NCBI GenBank assembly: GCA_043811375.1 | Contig: JBDRNJ010000068.1 | Coordinates: 18,936-82,935 of the forward strand | Direction of reading: 5' to 3' | Origin: a bacterium | GTDB lineage: Bacteria > Zixibacteria > MSB-5A5 > GN15 > FEB-12 | DNA: 64,000 bases | Shown: positions 48,159 to 56,885 of the stretch, in pieces | How the letters are laid out: each line of letters starts with the position of its first letter | Position numbering within the stretch: position 1 is the first letter of the stretch | Position numbers and translations under genes: made by a program | The notes under the pieces: generated by a model | Told to the model about the DNA's origin: nothing | What the model saw: only the letters and a program-made list of their open reading frames with translations | The model's database searches: none

Positions 48159-48992
48159 CTAATTTGAATCTTCAGCAGGTAGCTCACTCTTTTCTGTTAT
48201 TTCTTTCTTCTGCTTCGCCTCTAACTTCTTTATAGAAGGTTCAGGCGGCAAATCCTCTGGCATAGTCCCGCCGAGTTTGGAAATTGTCTCTCTAACAGTC
48301 CGACCTACTTTTTTGTGAGTCTCACGTGCCCCAATGTCGCCAGCGACATTTTCGTGCCTCAAGGCTTGTTCGGTTTGAGTGATTCTAAACTCATTAGCCG
48401 CAAGCTCTGCGCGGCCAGACCGATCCAGTAAGTTATCAGCCTTTGATAACCCCTTGTAGCCCTTGACCTCTTTCAGACTCATACCGTAAAGCCCACGATA
48501 CCCAGCGTCCTGGAACAACCCCCAGCGGAGCACGCCGGAGTCCTTGGCGGCATCGCCTAAGTGCTTATTGGCATCCTTGACACGCTCTCTCAATTCGATA
48601 CGTTTTACCGCTTCAACTTGGCTTTCCAAAATCTCTTGCTTACGCGTTTGGATAGCGAAATAGCTCTGTGCGGCAGCTACTTGCGGTAGCTTAGGGCTTC
48701 CGTTCATTGCTATCAAATAGGCGCCATAGCGTGACACAACATAGTCTCGGCGTGACCTCTCTGCGCCACTTCCAATGCTGACCTTTTTCCCGACATCAAG
48801 AAATTGGTTACTCGGGTCACTACCCAAGGACTCGCAGGCCATCTTTGCTCTTTCAATCACACGCTCAAAGTTGTCCCACTTCGTATAGCCAAGTGGGGCC
48901 ATTAGGTCCCGCGCCATCCAATACTCTATCCCCTTGGAGGTCAGCCGCTTAATCTGGTCCAAGGAGGTCTGAACTTGACTTACAATATCCAT
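48159..48992 (-). CDS. dinD: DNA damage-inducible protein D family (BRO-N-like N-terminus), IS cargo
   Basis: EYWMARDLMAPLGYTKWDNF, SRYGAYLIAMNG.P, AQSYFAIQTRKQE, FQDAGYRGLYG, ELAANEFRITQT, GGTMPEDLP. Confidence 0.9.
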   Translation of the reverse strand: MDIVSQVQTSLDQIKRLTSKGIEYWMARDLMAPLGYTKWDNFERVIERAKMACESLGSDPSNQFLDVGKKVSIGSGAERSRRDYVVSRYGAYLIAMNGSPKLPQVAAAQSYFAIQTRKQEILESQVEAVKRIELRERVKDANKHLGDAAKDSGVLRWGLFQDAGYRGLYGMSLKEVKGYKGLSKADNLLDRSGRAELAANEFRITQTEQALRHENVAGDIGARETHKKVGRTVRETISKLGGTMPEDLPPEPSIKKLEAKQKKEITEKSELPAEDSN

Positions 48993-49154
48993 GTCTACCT
49001 CGCCTTAGTATGAGGAAATATAAACTCTTAGGGGCAATATCGCAAAACGGGAAAACAATGTCAAGACAATTTCTCCACATATTTCCACATATTACCAACT
49101 TTCCACTTGCGCCCATGTTTGTAATGTAGTATATTCGTTTCGGAGGTAACAAAT

Positions 49155-49565
49155 ATGAACGTCGAAAAAGATATTGAGCGCAAGATCAAGCAGAAAGAAG
49201 AAGCGGTTCAAGGACTTAGGGATCAATTGCTTAGAGCGGAGTCATACTTGGAGGCATTAAAGGACTCGCTGCACATGGTACAGAAAAAGTCAAGTGTTGC
49301 GAATGGTGATACAATTAGGCCGGGTAGCATGGTTCATAAGGCTCTAACCGCTCTTCGCAATGCCAAGAAGCCCATGCACGTCAACGAGCTATTGCAACAT
49401 ATGGGAAAGGAGCCAACGAAAAAGAACAGAACTTCGCTTAGTGGTTCACTTGGATTCTACGTACGACAGGAAATGGTCTTTACGAGACCTGCCCCAAATA
49501 CCTTTGGTCTCGTAGAGTTTGAGGCTCCGACAGAAGAAGAACTACCCGACTCCTTCGGGACTTAA
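49155..49565 (+). CDS. Coiled-coil plus winged-helix (HARE-HTH-like) protein, IS cargo
   Basis: N-terminal heptads; KPMHVNELL...SLSGSL..YVR...FTRPAPNTFGL; SD GGAGG. Confidence 0.75.
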   Translation: MNVEKDIERKIKQKEEAVQGLRDQLLRAESYLEALKDSLHMVQKKSSVANGDTIRPGSMVHKALTALRNAKKPMHVNELLQHMGKEPTKKNRTSLSGSLGFYVRQEMVFTRPAPNTFGLVEFEAPTEEELPDSFGT

Positions 49566-49571
49566 CAACAA

Positions 49572-49598
49572 AAGGCCGGTAGCAGCAACTACCGGCCA
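49572..49598. terminator. Hairpin, probable terminator, after the HTH cargo gene
   Basis: GGCCGGTAG-CAGCAA-CTACCGGCC perfect 9-bp stem with an A-run on the 5' side. Confidence 0.5.
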
Positions 49599-49869
49599 AA
49601 TCGAGAATATGACCTACTGGCTTCATAGGAACATTCTCATATGAGAATCTACGACATAAATCCCCGTTTGTCAATTGCTAATACGCGGGCACGCTCGCCA
49701 CCAAGCTCGAAAGAAAGGGAATCGGGAGGGGTCTAAAAGCCCCTCCCCCATAAACGCCCGCCCGGTGCGCGAACACCGGGACGGGGCAACTTAAACCATG
49801 CGGGGTGAGCCGCATAGCCAAGCCTAATAGTAATATCGGCTCTCTCGCAGAATATGTCAAGAGAGAACC

Positions 49870-50689
49870 GATGAACAGACTCAAACCTGAAAGGCAGAGC
49901 TTAGTGCTTGACCTACTCGCAGAAGGTAATTCAATCCGTAGCATAGTCCGAATCACCGGAGTCTGTAAGAATACCATAGTCAGACTTATGCGTGAAACTG
50001 CTCAGAATTGCGGAGAGGTGTTGAATGCCGAAATGAGAAATCTGCACCTTGAGTCAATCGAATGTGACGAGATTTGGACTTATGTAGGCAAGAAACAAAA
50101 GAAGCTCAAAGAAGGGGACAAGGAAAAGGGGTTCGGCGATCAGTACGTCTTTGTAGCTTTGGACAGGAAAACCAAACTGGTGCCTCAATATCTGGTAGGC
50201 AAGCGCAATGGCTTCAATGCGTGGGTGTTTATGCAGAACCTAAGACGGCGGGTGTCAAACACGCCTCAGATTACAACCGATCAGTTTGCGGCATATCAGG
50301 AAGCTGTGCTCTCCGCTTTCGGAGTGGGTGTACACTATGCTATGCTCCGCAAGGTCTATCATGGTGACGGCTCCGGGCGCGAAGGGTATAGCCCAGCGGC
50401 CCTCAAAGGGGTACGCATAAAAATTAGAATAGGACGACCAAGCAGAGATAAAATAAGCACGTCATTCGTGGAAAGGCAAAACCTGACCATGAGGATGCAG
50501 ATGAGACGATTTGCCAGGCTGACTAATGCCTTCTCAAAGACACTTGAGAATCTTGAGGCGGCCTTAGCCTTGCATTTTTACCATTATAACTTTATCAGAG
50601 TCCATCGGTCACTCGGAATGACACCCGCAATGGCCGCTAAGATAACCGATACAAAATGGAGTTGGAAGGATGTATTACCGTCAAAATGA
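49870..50689 (+). CDS. IS1-family DDE transposase (single ORF)
   Basis: HTH (EGNSIRSIVRITGVCKNTI), IECDEIWTYVGKK, ITTDQFAAY, STSFVERQNLTMR..MRRF.RLTNAFSK, HYNF.R.H..L..TPA. The stop codon lies inside the right TIR. Start at MNRLKP is approximate. Confidence 0.9.
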
Positions 50690-50763
50690 CCCACTACCGA
50701 CTTTTAGGCAAAGTCATTGAACATTACAGTATTGTAGGTCGGAACCCTTTAGCGGTTCCGCCG

Positions 50764-51397
50764 ATGCTGATCTAATGGCAGGACCGCGTATGGTGTAAAG
50801 GTTCACTATGTATTCTAAGCGTATCACACTCAATATATTGACAATGTTGGTATTTATGCTGCTCATCGGTTGTATCATTGGTTCGACATATTACAAGAGT
50901 TTTCTCATTCGTGGCAGCCCTTTCTATCCAGACCCTGATGTTGACTTCGACTCGTTCTCTGCTAGTATTATTATAGTAGCCGGGATTTCACGCAAGCCGG
51001 TTACCGACAGTTCTTATTACATGCATTTTAGAGTTACACCGGCTGAAGTGACTGAAGAAGAGAACCTCCGCTTTCTGGAGAACCTTTCTTTGCTTGGCTT
51101 CTCGGTTGAGTTTGTGGGGAGTGATCAGGTGTTACCTGAGCTGCCTGTATTGGAAGACACAATCAGCACCTGTGGTTCTCTGACAAGTAACCATTGCCGG
51201 TACTTCAGATTCGGACGACATGTTATCCCAACAGCGGTGGACACGATAAGTGTGTACTTGTCGGTGCAATACACGGACAGCATTGGAGATGTGCAAGTGG
51301 CGGATACAGTTGTGAACATGTGGAGGTCGGATGCTAAACATACGGGCGTAATTGACCATTAGGTCAGGATAGTCAATGTTGATCTAATGGCAGAACC
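50764..51397 (+). repeat. 22-bp direct repeats flanking an orphan gene
   Basis: ATGCTGATCTAATGGCAGGACC (50764-50785) and ATGTTGATCTAATGGCAGAACC (51376-51397), 20/22 identical. Confidence 0.7.
50808..51362 (+). CDS. Hypothetical exported or membrane-anchored protein
   Basis: 184 aa with an N-terminal hydrophobic segment (possible lipobox LLIGC); AT-richer than the flanks. Confidence 0.65.
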   Translation: MYSKRITLNILTMLVFMLLIGCIIGSTYYKSFLIRGSPFYPDPDVDFDSFSASIIIVAGISRKPVTDSSYYMHFRVTPAEVTEEENLRFLENLSLLGFSVEFVGSDQVLPELPVLEDTISTCGSLTSNHCRYFRFGRHVIPTAVDTISVYLSVQYTDSIGDVQVADTVVNMWRSDAKHTGVIDH

Positions 51398-51429
51398 ACC
51401 AAGGGATTCTGCCCTGCAGGTGCTTACCC

Positions 51430-52044
51430 ATGCCCACAAAAAGACAACTGCCGGCTGAGTTTATAAGGCGGCTGAACGAACTGGAAGAGTCGTATCTGGC
51501 AACGGATGACCCGATTCGGCAGTCAGGATTCGGCGGTGGACCCAAACGCTGGCGGGCGGAACGGGAGCCGATTCTCGATGCCGTCACCACCGATGGCGAC
51601 CTGCTCGATATCGGTTGCGCCAACGGCTACCTGCTTCAGTGCCTGACAGCGTGGGGTCGGGAACGGGGGGTGACCCTGACACCGTACGGGCTGGATTTCA
51701 GCAGCAAGCTGATCGAACTGGCTCGGCGACGGCTCAGCGAATACGCCGCCAACTTCTACGTCGGTAACGCCTGGGACTGGCAGCCGCCGCGACGGTTCAA
51801 GTATGTGTACACCGTTTATGATTGTGTACTGGAGGAATACCTCGAAGAATACGTTCACCGTTTACTGACCCGGGTGGTCGACAAAGACGGGCGGTTGATA
51901 ATCGGCGCTTACGGCAGCCGTTCTCAGAAGCAGGCTCCTTTTGACATAGCCGGTTTTCTCAAATCGTACGATTTCATCGTAGCTGGAACAGCACAGGATG
52001 CCATCCCGCCGACGTCAGTTTTTACCTGGGTGGACAATCGTTGA
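51430..52044 (+). CDS. Class I SAM-dependent methyltransferase
   Basis: LLDIGCANG motif I, YGLDFS. Confidence 0.85.
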   Translation: MPTKRQLPAEFIRRLNELEESYLATDDPIRQSGFGGGPKRWRAEREPILDAVTTDGDLLDIGCANGYLLQCLTAWGRERGVTLTPYGLDFSSKLIELARRRLSEYAANFYVGNAWDWQPPRRFKYVYTVYDCVLEEYLEEYVHRLLTRVVDKDGRLIIGAYGSRSQKQAPFDIAGFLKSYDFIVAGTAQDAIPPTSVFTWVDNR

Positions 52045-52085
52045 AGCCCCCTCCAAACAAGTTTGGTGGGGCCACCCTCCGTAAG

Positions 52086-52197
52086 GCTTGTTGAAAAAGC
52101 CCTGTTCTCGTCATTGCGAGCGACAGCGTGGCAATCTCGGATATTGAATGTCAACGAGATAGCCACGTCGCTTTGCTCCTCGCTATGACGTTTGTTA
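52086..52197 (-). mobile_element. MITE-like palindromic element, copy B
   Basis: Its reverse complement aligns to 17650-17760 with 7 mismatches over about 111 nt by manual alignment. Confidence 0.75.
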
Positions 52198-52247
52198 AGT
52201 TTATAAACACTCCCCATAGGGCAGGGCTGGAAAACCGGAGCACTTAT

Positions 52248-53057
52248 CTACGGTGCCCGGTAGTACTGCATCGCTTCCGGCAGGAGTTGCCGGATATCGG
52301 CAATGCGCTTTTCGTCGGAAGGGTGGGTGCTTAGAAACTCCGGTGGCGCACCTCCCTGTTTTAGATTCGCCATGCGCTGCCAGAAACCGACCGCCTCTCG
52401 CGGATCATAACCGGCCATAGCCATAAAGATCAATCCCAATCGGTCAGCCTCTGATTCATGCAGGCGGCTGAACGGCAGCATCACACCGATCTGCGCTCCC
52501 ACTCCGTAGGCAGTCAAAAACAGGTTGCGCGTTTCCTCCGGTTTCTCCTCCAGAGCCACCGACAGCGCCACACCGCCCATCTGGGCCAGCAGCCCCTGGC
52601 TCATCCGTTCGTTGCCGTGGTTGGCGACGGCATGAGCGATTTCATGCCCCATCACTACCGCCAGGCCGGTTTCGTCTTTCGTCACCGAAAGTATACCGGT
52701 GTACACCACCACCTTGCCACCGGGCATACACCAGGCATTGATCGCCGAATCCTCCACCAGGTTGAAATCCCAGGCATACCCGCTCAGCGCGTCGGATCTG
52801 CCCTGATCGGCGAAATAGCGCTGGACGGCCTCTTTTATCCGGTTGCCGGCCCGTTTGACCATCTGCACCTGTTGGGTGTTGTCACTGAGTTTGTGTTCGG
52901 AGATGAATTGCGAGTATTGCTGAAAGCTCATCGAGTTGAGGTTCGATTGGGGAACAAGTATCAGTTGTCTCCGGCCGGTTATGGGTACTGTGGCGCAGGC
53001 CAGCAGCAGAGCCAGGGTAAGCAGGCATGATATCTGAGCAACGCGGGTGATTTTCAT
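52248..53057 (-). CDS. M48 family metallopeptidase lipoprotein (LoiP/YfgC-like)
   Basis: Lipobox LLLAC; NAWCMPGGK; HEIAH; ESEAD; EFLSTHPS. Confidence 0.93.
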   Translation of the reverse strand: MKITRVAQISCLLTLALLLACATVPITGRRQLILVPQSNLNSMSFQQYSQFISEHKLSDNTQQVQMVKRAGNRIKEAVQRYFADQGRSDALSGYAWDFNLVEDSAINAWCMPGGKVVVYTGILSVTKDETGLAVVMGHEIAHAVANHGNERMSQGLLAQMGGVALSVALEEKPEETRNLFLTAYGVGAQIGVMLPFSRLHESEADRLGLIFMAMAGYDPREAVGFWQRMANLKQGGAPPEFLSTHPSDEKRIADIRQLLPEAMQYYRAP

Positions 53058-53339
53058 GGTCGGACTCCCTTGTCTATCTGTTAGAGAGTGATCTTGAACG
53101 ACAGTCTCAGGTATTAGTATGCCCGGCAGAGGGGTCATTCCAAGAAAAAAAAGATGTCTCAATCCAGATCAACCAGGCTCTAACTGCAGGATGGAGCGAG
53201 TCCGGCGCCCGGTTGCGCAACCGGTGTCGGTTTTTTTCCCAAAATCCAGAAAATTGGCCTGTGCAAATGTTAAACAACGACTGTATTCCGGATTCGGGTG
53301 TATCTGCTAACGTTCTTTGAGACAATCACATAGAACATA

Positions 53340-53487
53340 GTGTCCGGCACCGGTGATCCCGGCCGATGGGGGCACGGGCTTTGCTTGTGAAGCGGAGGAC
53401 ACAGACCCGGGCGATCCGGGTCCGGTGCCTCTACCACACCAGTGGTGTTAGACCAGACCCCTGACTGACCATCAGGGGTTTTTTTTG
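53340..53487 (+). ncRNA. Unassigned structured ncRNA candidate with a possible pseudoknot
   Basis: GTGTCC (53340-45) pairs with GGACAC (53397-402), and GGCACCGG (53346-53) pairs with CCGGTGCC (53422-29), in crossing order. Internal hairpins are present, followed by an intrinsic terminator. Confidence 0.55.
53456..53487 (+). terminator. Rho-independent terminator
   Basis: ACCCCTGA-CTGACCA-TCAGGGGT followed by a T-run. Confidence 0.8.
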
Positions 53488-53580
53488 ATCGATTGCTGCT
53501 GATGACCGGTCAGGTCGGTAATTATCTCAGTACCATAAAAGTTGACGGCCGAGAGCTTCTGACGTAGATTCTTCCTCGGC

Positions 53581-55572
53581 ATGAAAAAGAAACTGAGAAT
53601 TATTGCCGCGCTGCTGCTGGTGGCGCTGGCGGCCACCGCCGCCTACTATCTGTACCGTGCCTTCAAGCCACGAAACCAGACTGAGAAACTGGCCGGGATA
53701 ATCCACCTTGAAGACCGGCGGCTGATTTCCAATCAACTCAAGCAGTATCTGCAGGATGGCGATCCTGAAATCCGCGCCCGGGCGGCGCTGGCGGTCGGGC
53801 GTATCGGAGGGCGGGGCAGCGGGGAATTACTGTGGGGACTGATTGCCGACAGCTCCATCGATTTGGGCGTTACGGCCGCTTTTGCTGTCGGTCTTACCGG
53901 CGAGAAAGAATTGGCCGGGAGGTTACTGGATGTCGCTTTTGATCTGCCGGCCGCCGTTGGCGCCGAGGCGGTGGAAGCAGCCGGGCGACTGGCCGACAGT
54001 AGCATGACCGAGGTTGCCGAAGACCTGCTCAGGTATCTCACTCACCCGTCACCGGATGTCCGGGAGGCTGCCTGCCTGGCACTTTTTCGGGCCGGGGCAC
54101 GTTCCAGGGTGCAAGATATTATCGATTTTGTCAATAGTGAGCCGGACCAACTGGTGCGCCATGCCGCCCTGTATGCTCTGGCCAGACTGGGAGCAAACGA
54201 GGCCGAACCGGTCTTTGTCGTGTTCCTGGCCGACCCGGATCCGTTTATACGATCGCTGGCTGTTCGCGGTCTGGGACGAATCGAGACAGCCCAGGCCGGG
54301 CACTATTTGGCGATTGCCCTGAATGACGCCGATGCCGGTGTTGTCGCTCAGGCTATCGGCGAACTGACCGGAAGACAGGACCGGGAAGCACGGGCACAGT
54401 TGGTGGCGAGGCTCTCCAGGGAATCAGATGAGAAACTGGTGATTGCCTTGCTTGATGGCCTGCGTCGACAGAAAAACGACCAGGGTGTCGAGACGGCCCG
54501 GACGATCCTGTCGACCGAACCGCCGCTCAATATCGTTGCAGCCGGCATCAAGTATCTGGCTGCAATCCAGGGAGACCGGTCGGTCAAGCTGATCGATTCG
54601 CTGGTGGCCGACGGTGAGTCTGTGGTGATAGCTGCCTGCGCCGATGCCTTTGGAACTATCGGTGGCAAAAACGTGGTGCCACGTCTGGCGGTGCTGTTCA
54701 ACGATGAAGATCCGGTAGTCCGCCGGCACGCTCTGGAAGCATTACTGCTGGTCGATTCCGCCAATACCGACTTTTATTTACGTAAGGCGCTGGCCGATCC
54801 CGATTTCACTCTGGTGGTTGCCGCTCTGGATCGAATTGCGGAGATGAAGCTCGACAGCTATCTGCCGGTTATGAGCACCCTGATGAGTCGCGGGGGGGAT
54901 GTCGATGTCGATATTCGCCGGACTCTGCTTCAGACGTCCCGATCGTTTGCCGATACCGACGAACCGGACACGACCGCGCTGGGGATATTGTATGCGGGAT
55001 TGCTCGATCCGGAATATGTTGTCCGTCGGGAAGCGTCCGCTATCCTGCGCGAGCAACTGGGGCAGAATCGGTTTGCCTCTGTGGCTCCGCCCGACACCAG
55101 GATCAGTGAAGCCAGGATTGCGGCTGCTCTGGAAGGCTATCGGATCAATCCGGCGGCCACGATCGTCACCAGCCGGGGAGAAATCGAGGTGGAACTGTTT
55201 TTCGATACAGCGCCACTGACGGTGCTGAATTTTATCGATTTGACAACAGAGGGTTTCTACAACGGTTTGTCATTCCATCGAGTGATTCCGAATTTCGTAG
55301 TGCAGGGTGGCGATCCCCGCGGTGATGGCTGGGGCGGGTCGCCATACTACATCAGATGCGAGTACTCCGACGAACCGTTTCGGCGTGGCACTGTCGGGAT
55401 GGCCACCTCCGGCAAAGATACGGGCGGCTCCCAGTTTTTTATAACTCTGTCGCCGCAGCCACATCTGGAAGGCCGTTACACGGTTTTCGGGCAGGTTCTG
55501 TCCGGGATGGATGTAGTCGACCGGATTGTGGTGGGTGATCTCATCGAAGCTATACTGATACACGAGAAATGA
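53581..55572 (+). CDS. HEAT-repeat protein with C-terminal cyclophilin PPIase
   Basis: N-terminal TM/signal; repeated DPxVRxxAAxAL units; FHRVIPNFVVQGGDP, GMATSGKDTGGSQFFI, RYTVFG. Confidence 0.92.
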   Translation: MKKKLRIIAALLLVALAATAAYYLYRAFKPRNQTEKLAGIIHLEDRRLISNQLKQYLQDGDPEIRARAALAVGRIGGRGSGELLWGLIADSSIDLGVTAAFAVGLTGEKELAGRLLDVAFDLPAAVGAEAVEAAGRLADSSMTEVAEDLLRYLTHPSPDVREAACLALFRAGARSRVQDIIDFVNSEPDQLVRHAALYALARLGANEAEPVFVVFLADPDPFIRSLAVRGLGRIETAQAGHYLAIALNDADAGVVAQAIGELTGRQDREARAQLVARLSRESDEKLVIALLDGLRRQKNDQGVETARTILSTEPPLNIVAAGIKYLAAIQGDRSVKLIDSLVADGESVVIAACADAFGTIGGKNVVPRLAVLFNDEDPVVRRHALEALLLVDSANTDFYLRKALADPDFTLVVAALDRIAEMKLDSYLPVMSTLMSRGGDVDVDIRRTLLQTSRSFADTDEPDTTALGILYAGLLDPEYVVRREASAILREQLGQNRFASVAPPDTRISEARIAAALEGYRINPAATIVTSRGEIEVELFFDTAPLTVLNFIDLTTEGFYNGLSFHRVIPNFVVQGGDPRGDGWGGSPYYIRCEYSDEPFRRGTVGMATSGKDTGGSQFFITLSPQPHLEGRYTVFGQVLSGMDVVDRIVVGDLIEAILIHEK

Positions 55573-56384
55573 TAATGAAAGCTGCCGGGTTGCTTGTTGT
55601 CGTGGTTGCTGTCTTTATAGGGTCTCTGGCAGGGCAGGACCTGCCGGTGTCAGGGATTGATCCGGAGGCATTGATCGACCAGATACGAACCGTTGATACC
55701 AGGCAGCGAGCGGAGATCAGCGACCTCACCCTTCGGGCCGAGTACATCGGCGGTCAACCGCAAAAGGACGGCAGCGTTAAGGAAGAGAATCGCTTTCTCA
55801 AGAATATCTATATCAAGTTCCTGCCGGATACGACCTGGTATCAGGAAGAGTACCTGGAGTGCTATCGGGATAGTCAACTGCTGAACCCGGAAGAATGCCG
55901 GAAGGCCGGAAAAGAGCAGATCGAGAATAATCGAAAACGTCACGTCTGCGACATATCATACAATGTTCTGCATCCGTTTTATCCGAAATCTCGCGACGAC
56001 CATGATATCCTCTACCGGGGAGTTGCCTCAGATCGGGTTGACGGCTACGTATGTCACCACTTTCGAGTCGAATGCCGGGGAGAACCTCCCGACGGCCTCA
56101 ACGGGGACTATTACTTCGAGGCCGAGTCGTTCCACCTGGTGCGGGTGGATTTCACTCCCGTTAAGCTGGTGCGCCGGATGATGTTTAAGTTGAGCCGTCT
56201 GGATATGTCGATCCGGTATGGTCCGAACCCCGATGGCTGGTGGTTGCCGCGTCAACTGGATGTCGAAGGCCGGGGCAAGTCGACCTTTATAATTGGCGTT
56301 AAGTTTGCCGCTACCGAATACTTCCGCCACCCGGAAGTCAACAGCGGCTTATCAGATGAAATATTCGAGGTTAACCATGACTGA
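55569..56384 (+). CDS. Hypothetical secreted beta-rich protein (possibly LolA/MucB-like fold)
   Basis: Signal peptide; GDYYFEAESFHLVRVDF and WWLPRQL patterns; translationally coupled to both neighbours. Confidence 0.65.
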   Translation: MIMKAAGLLVVVVAVFIGSLAGQDLPVSGIDPEALIDQIRTVDTRQRAEISDLTLRAEYIGGQPQKDGSVKEENRFLKNIYIKFLPDTTWYQEEYLECYRDSQLLNPEECRKAGKEQIENNRKRHVCDISYNVLHPFYPKSRDDHDILYRGVASDRVDGYVCHHFRVECRGEPPDGLNGDYYFEAESFHLVRVDFTPVKLVRRMMFKLSRLDMSIRYGPNPDGWWLPRQLDVEGRGKSTFIIGVKFAATEYFRHPEVNSGLSDEIFEVNHD

Positions 56385-56874
56385 CGGTACTTTCAAAACA
56401 GCAGTCGTCAAAGTTGAGATTCCTGCCGACTGCAATCTGATCTTCGGCCAGTCGCACTTTATCAAGACGGTCGAAGATCTCTATGAAGCGCTGATCGAGG
56501 CTTCACCCGCGCTGAAATTCGGTATCGCTTTCTGCGAGGCCTCGCAGCAGCGACTGATTCGCACCGACGGCAATGATGACGATCTCATCCTGCTGGCAAC
56601 CGAAGCAGCTTCCTCGGCAGGCTGCGGACATACTTTTTTCATATACCTCAGGGACGGTTTTCCGGTCAATGTACTGAACCGGATTAAAAACATCAGTGAA
56701 GTCTGCCGCATCTTCTGCGCAACGGCTAACCCGCTGGAGGTTATTGTTGCTGAGACCGACCTGGGTCGGGGTGTTATGGGAGTAATTGACGGACAGACGC
56801 CGCTGGGTGTGGAGGGAGACGACGACAAGGCGGAACGCAATAAGTTTCTGCGGACTATCGGATACAAAAGATAA
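56377..56874 (+). CDS. Adenosine-specific kinase family (DUF355)
   Basis: NLIFGQSHFIKTVEDL, FGIAFCEAS..RLIR..GND, CRIFCATANP, GRGVMGVIDG. Confidence 0.92.
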   Translation: MTDGTFKTAVVKVEIPADCNLIFGQSHFIKTVEDLYEALIEASPALKFGIAFCEASQQRLIRTDGNDDDLILLATEAASSAGCGHTFFIYLRDGFPVNVLNRIKNISEVCRIFCATANPLEVIVAETDLGRGVMGVIDGQTPLGVEGDDDKAERNKFLRTIGYKR

Positions 56875-56885
56875 CAGAACGTTAA

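Larger units (their letters stand above)
47657..50698 (+). mobile_element. IS1-family transposon carrying passenger genes (3042 bp)
   Basis: Left TIR GGTAGTGGGTCATTATGA (47657-47674); right TIR TCAAAATGACCCACTACC (50681-50698), 17/18 match. Flanks are GACTTTTG and GACTTTTA (7 of 8 bp duplicated). The interior is AT-richer than the surroundings. Confidence 0.88.

Noticed and set aside
53340-53430. HDV-like ribozyme or tRNA-Sec for the orphan RNA
   Set aside because: The crossing helices resemble HDV order, but there is no J4/2 strand with a catalytic C and the P3 region is too long. There is no cloverleaf, TTCAA anticodon loop or CCA end.
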